Of a stretch of 64,000 nt of DNA, positions 29,367 to 39,367 are shown piece by piece (position 1 is the first letter of the stretch; each line of letters opens with the position of its first letter). Made by a program: the position numbers and the translations under genes. The stretch lies in the NCBI GenBank assembly GCA_963675745.2, contig CAXXWX010000003.1, forward strand, positions 64,001-128,000. The letters are read 5' to 3'. This DNA is from Phycisphaerae bacterium (GTDB lineage Bacteria > Planctomycetota > Phycisphaerae > UBA1845 > Fen-1342). Under the pieces are notes generated by a model. The model saw nothing but the letters and a program-made list of their open reading frames with translations. It searched no databases and was not told the DNA's origin.

Positions 29367-30374
29367 CTAAGAATCCGGGGCGCGGTTCCGGGTGAGGCTC
29401 GGGTCTGGCGCGGACAGCGCGTCCTCGCGTGAAACCTGCGTTGACTCCAGCGCCAGCAGGCCCGCAAGGTGTGTACCGATATCAGCGGGCAGGGCGGCGT
29501 CCAACCACGACACATCAGCGCTCAACAAGCGCTCTGCGGTCGCGGCAATCAGTTGCAGCCACGTCAACTCCGGCGCCAGCCAACGACAAACCAGCAGGTA
29601 GGCAATGCCGCGCTGAACAAGCCACACGGACTGCGCCAGCATCTGATCGTCCGCGTCGCGCAAGGCCAGCGATCCAGGATGCCCGCCGGAGGCGGCAAGC
29701 TGGCGCAGCACGCTGTCGGTACCGGCGCTGGTGCGCGCCGGGCCGGCCAGCAGGGTCTGTTGACGCTGCTGGCGAAACCCGAAAGTGCGATTCGTCGCCG
29801 CGGGGGCGAGGCTACCGACGTATTCCAGAACGTCCGCCGTTGACAAGCGGACCCAGGCCATTCTGCGCGGTGGGTGGCCATTTGGACGATCGAACCGCCG
29901 CTGCGTCAGCCCATGAATACCGCGCGGCTTGGCGAGCGTCTGGGCGCGATCCAGCAGCACTGCCGCCGCGTCCGTGTCAAGCGCGATGATTCCCGCGTGG
30001 GGCGTGTGCGGCAAGCTGGTGAGCGTTTGCCGCCCGAAGAGCGACTCACGCTCCATCAACGGCAGCACGCCGACAACTTGTTCGGCGCGCATGGCCATCA
30101 GGTACCACGGTCGGCCGAGGCCTTCGCGGACCAGCGCCTGACGCCACGCGAGCGAGTGGTACAGGTTGCCATGCGCTCGCACGAATTCGTCGTACGGCTG
30201 ACAGGGCTCTTCGTCCACCAGCCAGACGCTGGCCGGGGCGGTCGGGCTTGTGTTCGGCTGCGAGGAGGCCGCAATGTCCACTGGCCCGGCCTGGGCTGGA
30301 ATTCTCAGCACATCGTCGCGTGTGATAGTCACAGTTTCATCCGGCTTTGTCGCTGCCGGGGGGAGTAGACGCAT
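29367..30374 (-). CDS. FemAB-related GNAT protein (divergent C-terminal half)
   Basis: YDEFV..LYHSLAWRQAL..VVGVLPLM..SLFG..LTSLP..GII matches the N-terminal region of FemAB-type proteins. Confidence 0.65.
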   Translation of the reverse strand: MRLLPPAATKPDETVTITRDDVLRIPAQAGPVDIAASSQPNTSPTAPASVWLVDEEPCQPYDEFVRAHGNLYHSLAWRQALVREGLGRPWYLMAMRAEQVVGVLPLMERESLFGRQTLTSLPHTPHAGIIALDTDAAAVLLDRAQTLAKPRGIHGLTQRRFDRPNGHPPRRMAWVRLSTADVLEYVGSLAPAATNRTFGFRQQRQQTLLAGPARTSAGTDSVLRQLAASGGHPGSLALRDADDQMLAQSVWLVQRGIAYLLVCRWLAPELTWLQLIAATAERLLSADVSWLDAALPADIGTHLAGLLALESTQVSREDALSAPDPSLTRNRAPDS

Positions 30375-30518
30375 TGTGGGGCTCCGCCACGTGGTATAAC
30401 TGTCAGCGAAGTCGCCGGTCCCATGGACGCCACGCCTCACCAACTTCCGCTCCTGCGCTGACTATCGGCTGACCTGGGCTTACAATCCATGGGCACTTGT
30501 CCCCAGGACTGATCAGCG

Positions 30519-30998
30519 ATGCGAATAGGGATTCTGTCCGATACCCATGATCGTCTGCCGGCCATTGAGGCCGCTTTGCGGCGATTCCAGGCTCTCGGGA
30601 TAGACACGCTTATCCACCCCGGGGATGTTGTGGCTCCGTTCGCGGCCCGACTGCTCGCGGGTTTCCCTGGAACCACACACATCACATATGGCAATAACGA
30701 TGGCGAGCGCAAGGGGCTCAAACAGGTTCTGCCACAGATCCAGGACGGGCCGCTCACGATCGAGCTCGCGAATCGGCGGATTCTGGTTCATCACTACCTG
30801 GATTGGTGCGACGGCCGCGACCTGGCCGACGCCGACCTGGTCATTACCGGGCATACGCACGAGGTTGCGGTCAATCGTCAGAACGGTAAGCTAATCCTCA
30901 ATCCCGGCGAGTGTTGTGGCTACCTGACCGGCCGCTGCACAATCGCCGTTGTTGACCTTGAGCAGATGGACAGCCAGATAATCGAGATCCGGTTATGA
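30519..30998 (+). CDS. YfcE/MJ0936-family metallophosphoesterase
   Basis: ILSDTHD, HPGD, GNND, GHTH, LNPGE motifs. Confidence 0.93.
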   Translation: MRIGILSDTHDRLPAIEAALRRFQALGIDTLIHPGDVVAPFAARLLAGFPGTTHITYGNNDGERKGLKQVLPQIQDGPLTIELANRRILVHHYLDWCDGRDLADADLVITGHTHEVAVNRQNGKLILNPGECCGYLTGRCTIAVVDLEQMDSQIIEIRL

Positions 30999-31462
30999 GC
31001 ACAATGCGAATCGGCCTATGTGGCGGCCTGTGCCTGCTGAGCCTGTCATTAACGGCGTGTGTCGAGCGCAACGTCAAGATCGAGACCGATCCCCCAGGGG
31101 CGATCGTGGTGGTCAACGACGAGGAGGTCGGCGTCAGCCCGGTGAAGTTCTCATTCCTGTGGTATGGGGATTACGATCTGATCCTGCGCAAGAGCGGCCA
31201 CGAAACGGTCAAAACCCACTTTCGCGTAAAGGCCCCCTGGTACCAGTATCCGCCGTTCGACCTGATCACCGAGACGTTGATTATCGGCACGATCACCGAC
31301 GCGCATGTTCTGCCGCCGTTTGTGTTGCCCGAGGCCGAAAGGCCGGCGATTGATGTGCTGGTTGACCGGGCGAGCGCGATGCGTACCGATGCGCTCGGTG
31401 TGCTCGCCGGCCGTTCGCCCACCGGTGAGGCTTACACGCCGCCGGGCGAAAAGCTGGAGTAG
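30995..31462 (+). CDS. PEGA-domain lipoprotein
   Basis: Lipobox LTAC; IETDPPGAIVVVNDEEVGVSP. Confidence 0.85.
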   Translation: MSTMRIGLCGGLCLLSLSLTACVERNVKIETDPPGAIVVVNDEEVGVSPVKFSFLWYGDYDLILRKSGHETVKTHFRVKAPWYQYPPFDLITETLIIGTITDAHVLPPFVLPEAERPAIDVLVDRASAMRTDALGVLAGRSPTGEAYTPPGEKLE

Positions 31463-31470
31463 AGCCGCAA

Positions 31471-31746
31471 TTAGTTCCCTTCCGTCTTGGGTTTCACCCG
31501 CGTCTCACGCCGGGCGTCGCGTTCGGCGACCAGCTCTTCCAGGCGTCGAATCAGCTCTGGCAGTTCGCAGTCCGCACCGTGCTCGGCGATCACGCGCAGC
31601 AGCGGCACGCAGCTCCCGCAGCCTGTGCCCGCCCCAAGACACTCCGTCAATTGCGAGTAGACGCGCGGGCGCTCCCGGCGTACGAAGTGCCACAACTTGC
31701 GCAGCGTGACATCAAAGCAAACGCAGATTTCCGTATCCATATCCAC
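31471..31746 (-). CDS. BFD-like [2Fe-2S] protein
   Basis: ICVC...GAGTGCGSC. Confidence 0.85.
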   Translation of the reverse strand: MDMDTEICVCFDVTLRKLWHFVRRERPRVYSQLTECLGAGTGCGSCVPLLRVIAEHGADCELPELIRRLEELVAERDARRETRVKPKTEGN

Positions 31747-31876
31747 GGCCAGACACCCTCTGTTTTGTCACGAGCAGGGCGGCCGCACGGGAGGCGCGCT
31801 CGGGAGCGGACTGCTGCACGGGTTGGCCCCGGGGCAATATACCCGGTCGGAAAGTGCGCAAGTCACGCCGCGCGCG

Positions 31877-32197
31877 CTACACATCCCCGCGCCGAAACAC
31901 GGCCACGATATCTTCGATGGGAATGACGAACAGGCGGTTGTCGCCTTCAAAATCGACCGGGACGGCGTTTTTCGGGTTAAAGAGCACTTTGTCGTACTGC
32001 GAGATTGGGTAGTCGTCGTCGCGGTCGATCTGCATGGAAACTGCCACCACGCGACCGGTGATGGTCGGAATCTCAATGTTGCCGGGCAACTCGATCCCGC
32101 CCTTGGTGGTCTTCTTGTCTTCATCTTTGCGGATCAGCACGCGTTTGCCGATTGGTTCGACAACTTCGAGTGCCTTGGACCGGTCTGTCTTGCCCAC
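31877..32197 (-). CDS. Divergent orphan co-chaperonin (GroES/Cpn10 family)
   Basis: VEPIGKRVLI...TTKGGIELP...GRVVAV...DKVLF...EDIVAV; start GTG 32197. Confidence 0.85.
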   Translation of the reverse strand: MGKTDRSKALEVVEPIGKRVLIRKDEDKKTTKGGIELPGNIEIPTITGRVVAVSMQIDRDDDYPISQYDKVLFNPKNAVPVDFEGDNRLFVIPIEDIVAVFRRGDV

Positions 32198-32399
32198 GCC
32201 AATCCCTTCAGTGTGCCCAGTTGTTCGTCGCACGTCGCCCAATATACACGGAGCCGTCGGGTCTAACGCGCATGTCGCGACGGCCCGACCAGGTCCGGTC
32301 ACTGCGCGATACCTTATGATCGCGAAGGCAAGTTTGCAACGGTTTGCTATACTCTTGCGCGGGCCGCGAGCATGCGGCCCGCGTGCAGAGACAGACTCG

Positions 32400-33194
32400 A
32401 TGAACTCGGAAGCCATCCGCAATCTGCTGGAGCAACTCGCCACCGGCGCTGTCAGCGTCGACGCGGTCCTGGAGCGTCTGCGCACGCTACCGTTCGAGAA
32501 TCTCGGGTTTGCGCGCATCGACCACCACCGCGAGCTGCGTTGCGGCTTTCCCGAGGTGATCTTTGGTCAGGGCAAGACGCCGCAGCAAGTCGAGGAGATA
32601 TTCGACCGGCTGGCGGCGGCGGGACATGATGTCCTGGCGACGCGTGTCGGGCGCGCCGCGGCCCGGCGCGTGTGCGCGCGCTGCCCGAAGGCGGAATACT
32701 CGCGGTTGGCGCGGACACTCACCCTGCGGCAACGGCCGATCTCCCCGAGTCGCGGGACGATCGGCATCGTATGCGCCGGCACGGCGGATCTCCCGGTCGC
32801 CGAGGAAGCGCGCATCACCGCCGAGATAATGAACCAGCGCACGCAGACCTTTTATGACGTCGGAGTGGCCGGCCTGCATCGGCTGTTGGCCGAGTCGGGC
32901 GCCATTCGCAAAGCCAACGTGCTGATAGTCGTCGCCGGCATGGAAGGCGCTCTGCCGAGCGTTGTCGGCGGTCTGGTGCAGCGCCCGCTCATCGCAGTGC
33001 CGACCAGCGTCGGATATGGCGCTAGTTTCAACGGCCTGGCCCCGCTGCTGGCGATGCTCAATAGCTGTGCCGCGGGCATGTCCGTCGTGAACATCGACAA
33101 CGGGTTTGGGGCGGCATATCAAGCGGCACTGATCAACCGCCTCGCCGAAGACGGTGGCACGGCAGCTCAGCCTGAAATTGAGCCCGCGCCGTAG
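32400..33194 (+). CDS. larB: Nickel-pincer cofactor biosynthesis protein LarB (AIR-carboxylase-like)
   Basis: DHHRELRCGFPEVIFG, AGTADLPVAEEA, DVGVAGLHRL, AGMEGAL, PTSVGYG, VVNIDNGFGA. Confidence 0.93.
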   Translation: MNSEAIRNLLEQLATGAVSVDAVLERLRTLPFENLGFARIDHHRELRCGFPEVIFGQGKTPQQVEEIFDRLAAAGHDVLATRVGRAAARRVCARCPKAEYSRLARTLTLRQRPISPSRGTIGIVCAGTADLPVAEEARITAEIMNQRTQTFYDVGVAGLHRLLAESGAIRKANVLIVVAGMEGALPSVVGGLVQRPLIAVPTSVGYGASFNGLAPLLAMLNSCAAGMSVVNIDNGFGAAYQAALINRLAEDGGTAAQPEIEPAP

Positions 33195-33220
33195 CGATTG
33201 CCATCGCGCTGACCGCGAAT

Positions 33221-33243
33221 GACCGGCCGGAGGCCGGTCCCAC
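33221..33243 (-). repeat. GTGG-type REP-like palindrome
   Basis: Minus GTGG-GACCGGC-ctccg-GCCGGTC; a related element GTGG-GACCGGTT-ttc-AACCGGTT lies at 34272-34294. Confidence 0.65.
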
Positions 33244-33293
33244 AGGTGGTGGTCGGTGGCATTGGGGCCGGACGCCGCAGTTAAGGATACGCA

Positions 33294-34229
33294 GTGAGCA
33301 TACCCGCGCCGAAACCCCGCATCGTCTCGGATGTTCCGCAGCTCGCGCCGCGCCGGCCGGAGGCGCACAAGGGTGATGCCGGCCGTGTCGCGATTGTCGC
33401 CGGCAGCCCGGGCATGAGCGGAGCGGCCATCCTCTGCGGCCTCGGCGCGCTGCGGGGCGGCGCCGGTCTGGTCCGTGTGTTCACGCCCGCATCAATTCAG
33501 CCCGTGGTCGCGGTGGCCGAGCCATGCCTCATGACCGTGGCGCTGGACCAATCCACGCCGGACACACACCACGGGGAGAAGCATCGCTCAGCGGAGGAGG
33601 TCTTTGCCTGGGCTGACGTGCGGGCAATTGGGCCGGGGCTCGGACAGGGGGGTGAAAGCGCGGCCCGGTTGTACGCGGCGATTGCTGGGACGCGTGTACC
33701 GCTCGTCCTCGATGCTGACGCACTGAACATCCTGGCGCAGGATGGATTGGAGAAGCTCCGGCAGGTAGCGGATGATCCTCCGTGGTGGCGCGACGAGGCT
33801 CTGAGCATCGGTGCGCCGGTGGTTGTTACCCCTCACCCGGGCGAGATGGCTCGTCTGCGCGAAGCCGCCGGGTTGTCGGCGCTGGCGGGCGACGATGATG
33901 AGACGCGCATTCAGATCGCGCACGAGTACGCCGTTCTCACCGGTGACATTGTCGTCCTCAAGGGTCATCGCACGGTTGTTTGCACGGCGGGTACGGCCTA
34001 TGTCAACACGACCGGCAACCCCGGCATGGCCACCGGCGGCATGGGTGATGTGCTGACCGGGCTGATCGCCGCGCTGATTGCGCAGGGCTTGCCGCCATTC
34101 GACGCGGCTCGTCTGGGAGTCTGGGCACATGGCCGGGCCGCGGACATGCTCGCCGAAGAGATCGGCCCGTTCGGCTATTTGGCGCGCGAGGTTGCCGACG
34201 CGCTGCCGCGCGTGTGGCAGCAGTGCTGA
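33294..34229 (+). CDS. nnrD: ADP/ATP-dependent NAD(P)H-hydrate dehydratase (stand-alone, no epimerase domain)
   Basis: HKGDAG, GAGLV, IGPGLG, LDADAL, TPHPGE, VLKG, ATGGMGDVLTG. Confidence 0.93.
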   Translation: MSIPAPKPRIVSDVPQLAPRRPEAHKGDAGRVAIVAGSPGMSGAAILCGLGALRGGAGLVRVFTPASIQPVVAVAEPCLMTVALDQSTPDTHHGEKHRSAEEVFAWADVRAIGPGLGQGGESAARLYAAIAGTRVPLVLDADALNILAQDGLEKLRQVADDPPWWRDEALSIGAPVVVTPHPGEMARLREAAGLSALAGDDDETRIQIAHEYAVLTGDIVVLKGHRTVVCTAGTAYVNTTGNPGMATGGMGDVLTGLIAALIAQGLPPFDAARLGVWAHGRAADMLAEEIGPFGYLAREVADALPRVWQQC

Positions 34230-34347
34230 TCTAACCGCACCGCAGCGGCTGACGTCCTCGTCGGCCGTTTTAACCGGTTGAAAACCGGTCCCACAGTGCG
34301 GCGGCCGCTACGAGCACGCCGCATGATTCCTGTTCGGGGGATATGCT

Positions 34348-34797
34348 TCAGAATTCGCGAGTTGAATCCAGCAAAATGCAGATCGGTCCTTCGTTTACCG
34401 CGGGAATCTGCATGCGGGCGGCGAAGCGCCCGGTGTTTACGGTCAATCCGTGGGCCCGGATCGCAGCTACCAGCTTCTCGATCAGCGGCTCGGCCACGTC
34501 ACCATCCGCGGAGTTGACGAACGACGGCCGCCGGCCCTTGCGCGCGTCGGCCAACACCGTAAACGCGCTGACGACCAGCACGCCACCGCCCACGTCGCCG
34601 ACCGCAAGGTTCATCTTTTCCTCGGCGTCCATGAAGATGCGCAGGTTGGCCACCTTGTCAGCGATGTACTTCACGTCTTCGTCACCGTCATCGGGTGCCG
34701 CAGCGGCGTAGACCAGCAATCCCGTGTCGATGCGGCCGGTCACCTCGGAGCCGACTCGCACGGCGGCTCTGCTAACTCGTTGTACAACTGCACGCAC
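34348..34797 (-). CDS. dtd: D-aminoacyl-tRNA deacylase
   Basis: MRAVVQRV, LRIF, KGRRPSF, TGRFAA, NEGP. Confidence 0.93.
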   Translation of the reverse strand: MRAVVQRVSRAAVRVGSEVTGRIDTGLLVYAAAAPDDGDEDVKYIADKVANLRIFMDAEEKMNLAVGDVGGGVLVVSAFTVLADARKGRRPSFVNSADGDVAEPLIEKLVAAIRAHGLTVNTGRFAARMQIPAVNEGPICILLDSTREF

Positions 34798-34908
34798 AAT
34801 GGCTCCTTTGGCCAGAGGGCTTAAGGGTCTAGGTTTCAGGGTTTGGCCAAGCGTCCACGGCGTCCCAGCATCCTGCGACCAACAAGGACATCAGCCCCCG
34901 CAGCCGTT

Positions 34909-34964
34909 GTTCCCTGTTCCCCGTTCCCTGTTCCCCGTTCCCTGTTCCCTGTTCTCTGTTCCCT
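34909..34964 (+). repeat. Eight tandem heptamers GTTCCC(T/C)
   Basis: gttccct gttcccc gttccct gttcccc gttccct gttccct gttctct gttccct. Confidence 0.92.
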
Positions 34965-34969
34965 ACTCC

Positions 34970-35848
34970 TCACATCGCCCCCCACTTCGTGGCGGCCATC
35001 AACTCCAGATCGGCAATCACGGGAAAATGGTCCGACGGGTAGCGTCCATCGTGGGCGCGCTGGTCGATCCAGATGTCGCGCGGCCACCAGCGGCGGTTGA
35101 ACAGTATCCAGTCAATCCGCGCACTGTCGGGTTCACCATCAAACCCGTGATACGTACCGACCGCTCGCTCCGTTAGATTCAACTCGACGAATGGATCGTA
35201 AAGCTCGGCCAGGTTGCCGCGCTCGGTGGTGAGTTCTTCGTAAGCGTCCGACTGCGGCGCGCAATTAAAGTCGCCGAGCACGATCAGCGGGTTTCCCGCG
35301 CGCGACTCGACCGTGTTGCGCAGCATGCGCGCCGATTCCAGCCGAGCCTGCTGGCCGGCATGATCGAAGTGGGTGTTGATCACATAGAACGTGTTTTGCA
35401 GCGACTTACGGTAGCGCAATTGGACCCACGTCACCATGCGCGGCAACTGCGCATCCCAGCTCTTGCTGCCGGGCTTGCGCGGTTTTTCGCTGAGCCAGAA
35501 GTGCCCGTGCTTGACTTCCATAAACCGCTGCTTGTTGAAGAGAATCGGTACGAACTCGCCATCGCGCTCGCGCAGGCCGCGGCCGCGGCCGACGTATGCG
35601 TATTCGCCGAGCGCGCCGACCAGCTCGTCGAGTTGAGTCGCAAGCACCTCCTGCAAGCCGACGACGTCCGCCCCCGACTCGCGGATCAACTCGATCACCT
35701 GATCTCGTCGATGGGACCAGCCGTTCTCACCGTCACGGTCGTTGGCGTAGCGGATATTGAACGACATCACGCGGATTGGCGCGGGCATGCCACAGCCGGC
35801 GGCAAGAATCAAGAAAGGTGTGAGGAGCACTAACAGGTCAGCTTTCAT
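34970..35848 (-). CDS. Endonuclease/exonuclease/phosphatase (EEP) family lipoprotein
   Basis: Lipobox LAAGC; MSFNIR, GLQE, NTHFDH, LGDFN, IDWI, YPSDHFP. Confidence 0.92.
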   Translation of the reverse strand: MKADLLVLLTPFLILAAGCGMPAPIRVMSFNIRYANDRDGENGWSHRRDQVIELIRESGADVVGLQEVLATQLDELVGALGEYAYVGRGRGLRERDGEFVPILFNKQRFMEVKHGHFWLSEKPRKPGSKSWDAQLPRMVTWVQLRYRKSLQNTFYVINTHFDHAGQQARLESARMLRNTVESRAGNPLIVLGDFNCAPQSDAYEELTTERGNLAELYDPFVELNLTERAVGTYHGFDGEPDSARIDWILFNRRWWPRDIWIDQRAHDGRYPSDHFPVIADLELMAATKWGAM

Positions 35849-36894
35849 TCACGCGCTCCCGTAGCAACTAGTTTCCCGGGGCCGGTCTTCCTCCGTGGCG
35901 CCGGCCACTCGCGCTGCGGATCATACCATTCATCAAGCACGGCAAGCCAGTCTTCGCGCGTGAAGCGCACATTGACAAATGCGTCGCGCACACGCCGGGC
36001 CATCGGGTGCAACTCGCTGTAGCGAATGCCGAAACGGCGCATGACCTTCAGGGCTGTCTTGCCGTGAAACTGCTCGGCGAGCAGGAAATGCTCGCGAATC
36101 AGGCGGCCTTGCTCAGCGACGCCGGGCGGCTCCGGCAGCGGCTCACCGGCGAGCAAGGCCCGCACATCGCGGAAGATCCACGGGTTACCGATGCACCCGC
36201 GCGCCACGGTCACGCCATCGACGCCGGTCTCTTCCAGCATGCGCATGATGTCTGCGGCGATGAACAGGTCGCCACTGCCGAGGATCGTCCGGTTCCCGAC
36301 GTGTTGTTTGACGCGTTTGAGGAAGCCCCAATCGCTCGGGCCGACGTAACGCTGTTTGACGGTGCGCCCATGAACGGTGACGGCCGCCAGGCCGGTGTCA
36401 AACGCCGTGTCGAGGATCTTGAAGAAGTTCCGTTCGCTGGCCGGCGAATCGTCGGTGCCGCGTCGCAGTTTGAGCGTGACCGCGATGTGGCCGGGCACGG
36501 CGCCGCGCACGCAGCGCATGATCTCTATCGCGGTGTCGGGTGTTGAAAGCAGGTGTCCGCCGCGGTGACGGCCAAGCACCTTCCGCACCGGGCAGCCGAA
36601 GTTGATATCGATAACGTCGTAGCCGGCCTCGGCCAGCAAGACAGCCGCTTGCGCGAAAACCCGCGGCTCGGCGCCCATCAACTGGCCGCCGACCGGATGG
36701 TCTTCGTCAGGGATGGCGAGCAGCTTGCGCTGGTATTTGCCGGGGTGGATCACAAACTCGTCCAGCATGACCTCGTGCACCGCGTAAGGCGCGCCGAAAC
36801 GGCGCGCGAGCAGGCACATCGGCACATCGCTGTACCCGCTGAGCGCCGCCTGCACGACGGGAATATCAAGTTGGACAGGTCCGATCTTCAGCAT
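35845..36894 (-). CDS. dusB: tRNA-dihydrouridine synthase (DusB-like)
   Basis: DINFGCP, TVHGRT, GSGD, ARGCIGNPWIF; start at MLKIGP. Confidence 0.88.
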   Translation of the reverse strand: MLKIGPVQLDIPVVQAALSGYSDVPMCLLARRFGAPYAVHEVMLDEFVIHPGKYQRKLLAIPDEDHPVGGQLMGAEPRVFAQAAVLLAEAGYDVIDINFGCPVRKVLGRHRGGHLLSTPDTAIEIMRCVRGAVPGHIAVTLKLRRGTDDSPASERNFFKILDTAFDTGLAAVTVHGRTVKQRYVGPSDWGFLKRVKQHVGNRTILGSGDLFIAADIMRMLEETGVDGVTVARGCIGNPWIFRDVRALLAGEPLPEPPGVAEQGRLIREHFLLAEQFHGKTALKVMRRFGIRYSELHPMARRVRDAFVNVRFTREDWLAVLDEWYDPQREWPAPRRKTGPGKLVATGARE

Positions 36895-36922
36895 CGCGGG
36901 TGGAGTATAGCACATGCGTGGA

Positions 36923-37109
36923 GTTTTCAGTGTCCAGTGTTCAGTGTTCAGGAAAGGAGGCAACGGCCGCAGAAACAGAAACAGGGAATGAGGGATTGGG
37001 GGACTAAGGGGGCGTTCGCGGCATGGTCGCCGTCCTCTGACACCCGCCGTTGTTGTGCCTGAACACTGAACACTGACAACTGCGGACTGCGGACTGCAAA
37101 CTGAAAACC
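36923..37109. repeat. Composite of short tandem repeats: (CAGTGTT)n ... inverted (ACTGAAC)n, (ACTGCGG)n, with internal GGGA(A/T/C)T(G/A)(A/G) octamers
   Basis: gttttcagtgtccagtgttcagtgttcagg; gggaatgagggattgggggactaagggg; cctgaacactgaacactgacaactgcggactgcggactgcaaactgaaaac. Confidence 0.85.
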
Positions 37110-37177
37110 GCCGTTCGGCGCCGTGCCGGTCTGGCGTGTACTAGCCGCGCGGCCCGGGGAATACTTAAAATGCAACC

Positions 37178-37993
37178 ATGCTCGGCGCCGGCGATACGGT
37201 GATACTCTCCACTCCTCACATTTGCGTCATGGTCATTCTGGCCGTGGTGACCGTGGCCTGTGTTGCGGCGCTGCGCCTGGCGCGGCACAGCACGCATATC
37301 GCGGCGCTTCGCTGGGGTATCGCCGGCACTATCGCGGGACTGGCGGTGGGGGGGCTGGTATTCAAGCACGTCTATGAGCTGGCCACCGGCACGTGGGAGC
37401 TCACCGAGTCGTTGCCGTTGCACATCTGCGAGATGGGTGTCTACGTGACGGCGGCCGCGCTGATGCTGGCGGTGGACCGGCGCAACGCCCTGGACGCGGG
37501 TCGGCAGCCATCGCTTACCCGCGCCGGCCAGGCACTGTACGAGATCGCCTACTACTGGGGGCTGGGCGGCACGCTGCAAGCCATCGTTACGCCCGACGTG
37601 ACCGAAGCCTACCCCAGCCCGGTTTACTTCCGCTACTTCATCACGCACGGCGGCATCATCGTCGGGGCGATTGTAATGACACTCGGGCTTGGCCTGCGCC
37701 CGCGGCGCGGCTCATGGAAGTGGATCTGGCTGCTGACGCTCGGCGTCGCTGTTGCCGTATTCGCAATGAACATTCTGCTGGGGGCCAACTACATGTACCT
37801 GTGCGGCCCGCCGACAAACGCATCGCTCATCGACTACCTCGGCCCATATCCGTGGTATCTGCTTCCGTTGGCGCTGGTGGCAACCGCTTCAATCCTGTTG
37901 TGGTATACGCCCTGGTGGATCATTGACCGTTGGGGGCGTGGTAGGGCCGGGGACGGCGCCGCGCGGGAACACCGTCACGAGCGCACGCCGTAG
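37178..37993 (+). CDS. TIGR02206/YwaF (TMEM164-like) integral membrane protein
   Basis: LPLHIC, YYWGLGGTLQAIVTPD, YFITHG, ANYMYL, LGPYPWY. Confidence 0.88.
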   Translation: MLGAGDTVILSTPHICVMVILAVVTVACVAALRLARHSTHIAALRWGIAGTIAGLAVGGLVFKHVYELATGTWELTESLPLHICEMGVYVTAAALMLAVDRRNALDAGRQPSLTRAGQALYEIAYYWGLGGTLQAIVTPDVTEAYPSPVYFRYFITHGGIIVGAIVMTLGLGLRPRRGSWKWIWLLTLGVAVAVFAMNILLGANYMYLCGPPTNASLIDYLGPYPWYLLPLALVATASILLWYTPWWIIDRWGRGRAGDGAAREHRHERTP

Positions 37994-38044
37994 TGTCCCG
38001 GCGCGCGGCGTGCGTCACGTTGCTCACATCGCAATTCAGGGCGG

Positions 38045-39097
38045 CTACAGCCGCGTGTCGCCGGCCTCCTGCAAACGAATGGTCTTGTGGCGTAGATCGT
38101 GATAGGCCTTGACATACCTGATGGTGCGTGACTTGGCGCGCATGACGACCGAGTTGGTGATGGCCACGTTTTCACGCATGGTCATACCGCGCAGCAGCGA
38201 ATTGTCGGTTATACCGGTGGCCACAAACGCGATCCCGTCACCCTTGGCAAGATCGTCGATCTCGTAGACACGGTGGAGCGTGTTTTCATGCCCTTCAGCG
38301 ATAAGCTGTTCGCGCTCGGCGTCATCCCGCGGCCAGATGCGGCCCACGAATCCGCCACCCAGACACTTGATTGCGGCCGCGGCCAGCACGGCCTCGGGTG
38401 ATCCGCCAATACCCATGTACACGTCAACTCCGCTGTCGGGCATCGACGGGGCGATCGCGCCGGCCACGTCGCCGTCGCCGATCATGCGAATCGCGGCGCC
38501 CGTTTTGCGAATTCGGGCGATTAGCTGGGCGTGGCGCGGCCGGTCGAGCACGCACACAACCAAGTCCCTCACGCGCTTGCGCAGGGTCAACGCGACGACC
38601 TCGAGGTTGTGGGCCACCGGTGCATCCAGGCGCACGGTGCCCGCGCCCGCATTCACCTGTGGACCGACGGCGATCTTCTCCATGTATACGCCCGGGATCG
38701 GCGCCAGGGCCATATCGTCCGGCGAACTGCTCTTGGCGGCCGCAATTACGCTCAGCGCGCCGGGCAACCCCTTGGAGGTCAGAGTGGTGCCATCGATTGG
38801 GTCAAGCGCGATGCAGAAAGCAGGCGCGTCGTCGCTCCACAGTCCGAGCTTCTCACCGACGAAAATGCCCGGAGCCTCATCCTTGATGCCTTCGCCGATG
38901 GTGCAGAGACCGCGCATATCGATGAGATTGAGCATGCCGCGGATCGCGTCAGTGGCGGCCGCGTCGGCGGCCTCCTTGTCACCCTTGCCGATCCAGCGAA
39001 AGGCATTCAGGGCCGCGGCCTCCGTGGCGCGCACGAGATCCAACCCAATCAGACGTTCCGTCTCCACCTGAAGTCCGCTCACCGCATCGACGGTCAT
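38045..39097 (-). CDS. glpX: Fructose-1,6-bisphosphatase class II
   Basis: VRATEAAA, IGEGIKDEAP, DPIDGT, YMEKI, LDRPRH, DGDVAG, GGSPE, ATGITD; start ATG 39097 after AGGAG. Confidence 0.95.
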   Translation of the reverse strand: MTVDAVSGLQVETERLIGLDLVRATEAAALNAFRWIGKGDKEAADAAATDAIRGMLNLIDMRGLCTIGEGIKDEAPGIFVGEKLGLWSDDAPAFCIALDPIDGTTLTSKGLPGALSVIAAAKSSSPDDMALAPIPGVYMEKIAVGPQVNAGAGTVRLDAPVAHNLEVVALTLRKRVRDLVVCVLDRPRHAQLIARIRKTGAAIRMIGDGDVAGAIAPSMPDSGVDVYMGIGGSPEAVLAAAAIKCLGGGFVGRIWPRDDAEREQLIAEGHENTLHRVYEIDDLAKGDGIAFVATGITDNSLLRGMTMRENVAITNSVVMRAKSRTIRYVKAYHDLRHKTIRLQEAGDTRL

Positions 39098-39367
39098 GTG
39101 AAATCTCCTTGCATCGTCACCCGAGAACCGGCCGGAATTGTCGAGCCCCGCACGCTGGCAGTTTAGCTCGGGGCACCCGCTGTCGCCAGTGGCGTTTGTC
39201 GGCGGGGTGGGTGGTAGTGTGGCATTGAGCCCGCACTCCGCAACAAGCTGGATCAACGCTGGCCATATGCTCCTGGGGTGTGCTAGAATAAATACGTAAA
39301 TGGTACTTGCGCGTGGTTTGGGCAGACCTGCAGCGCGGGCAGATCGTAGCCGTCCCGGGAGCATGCA

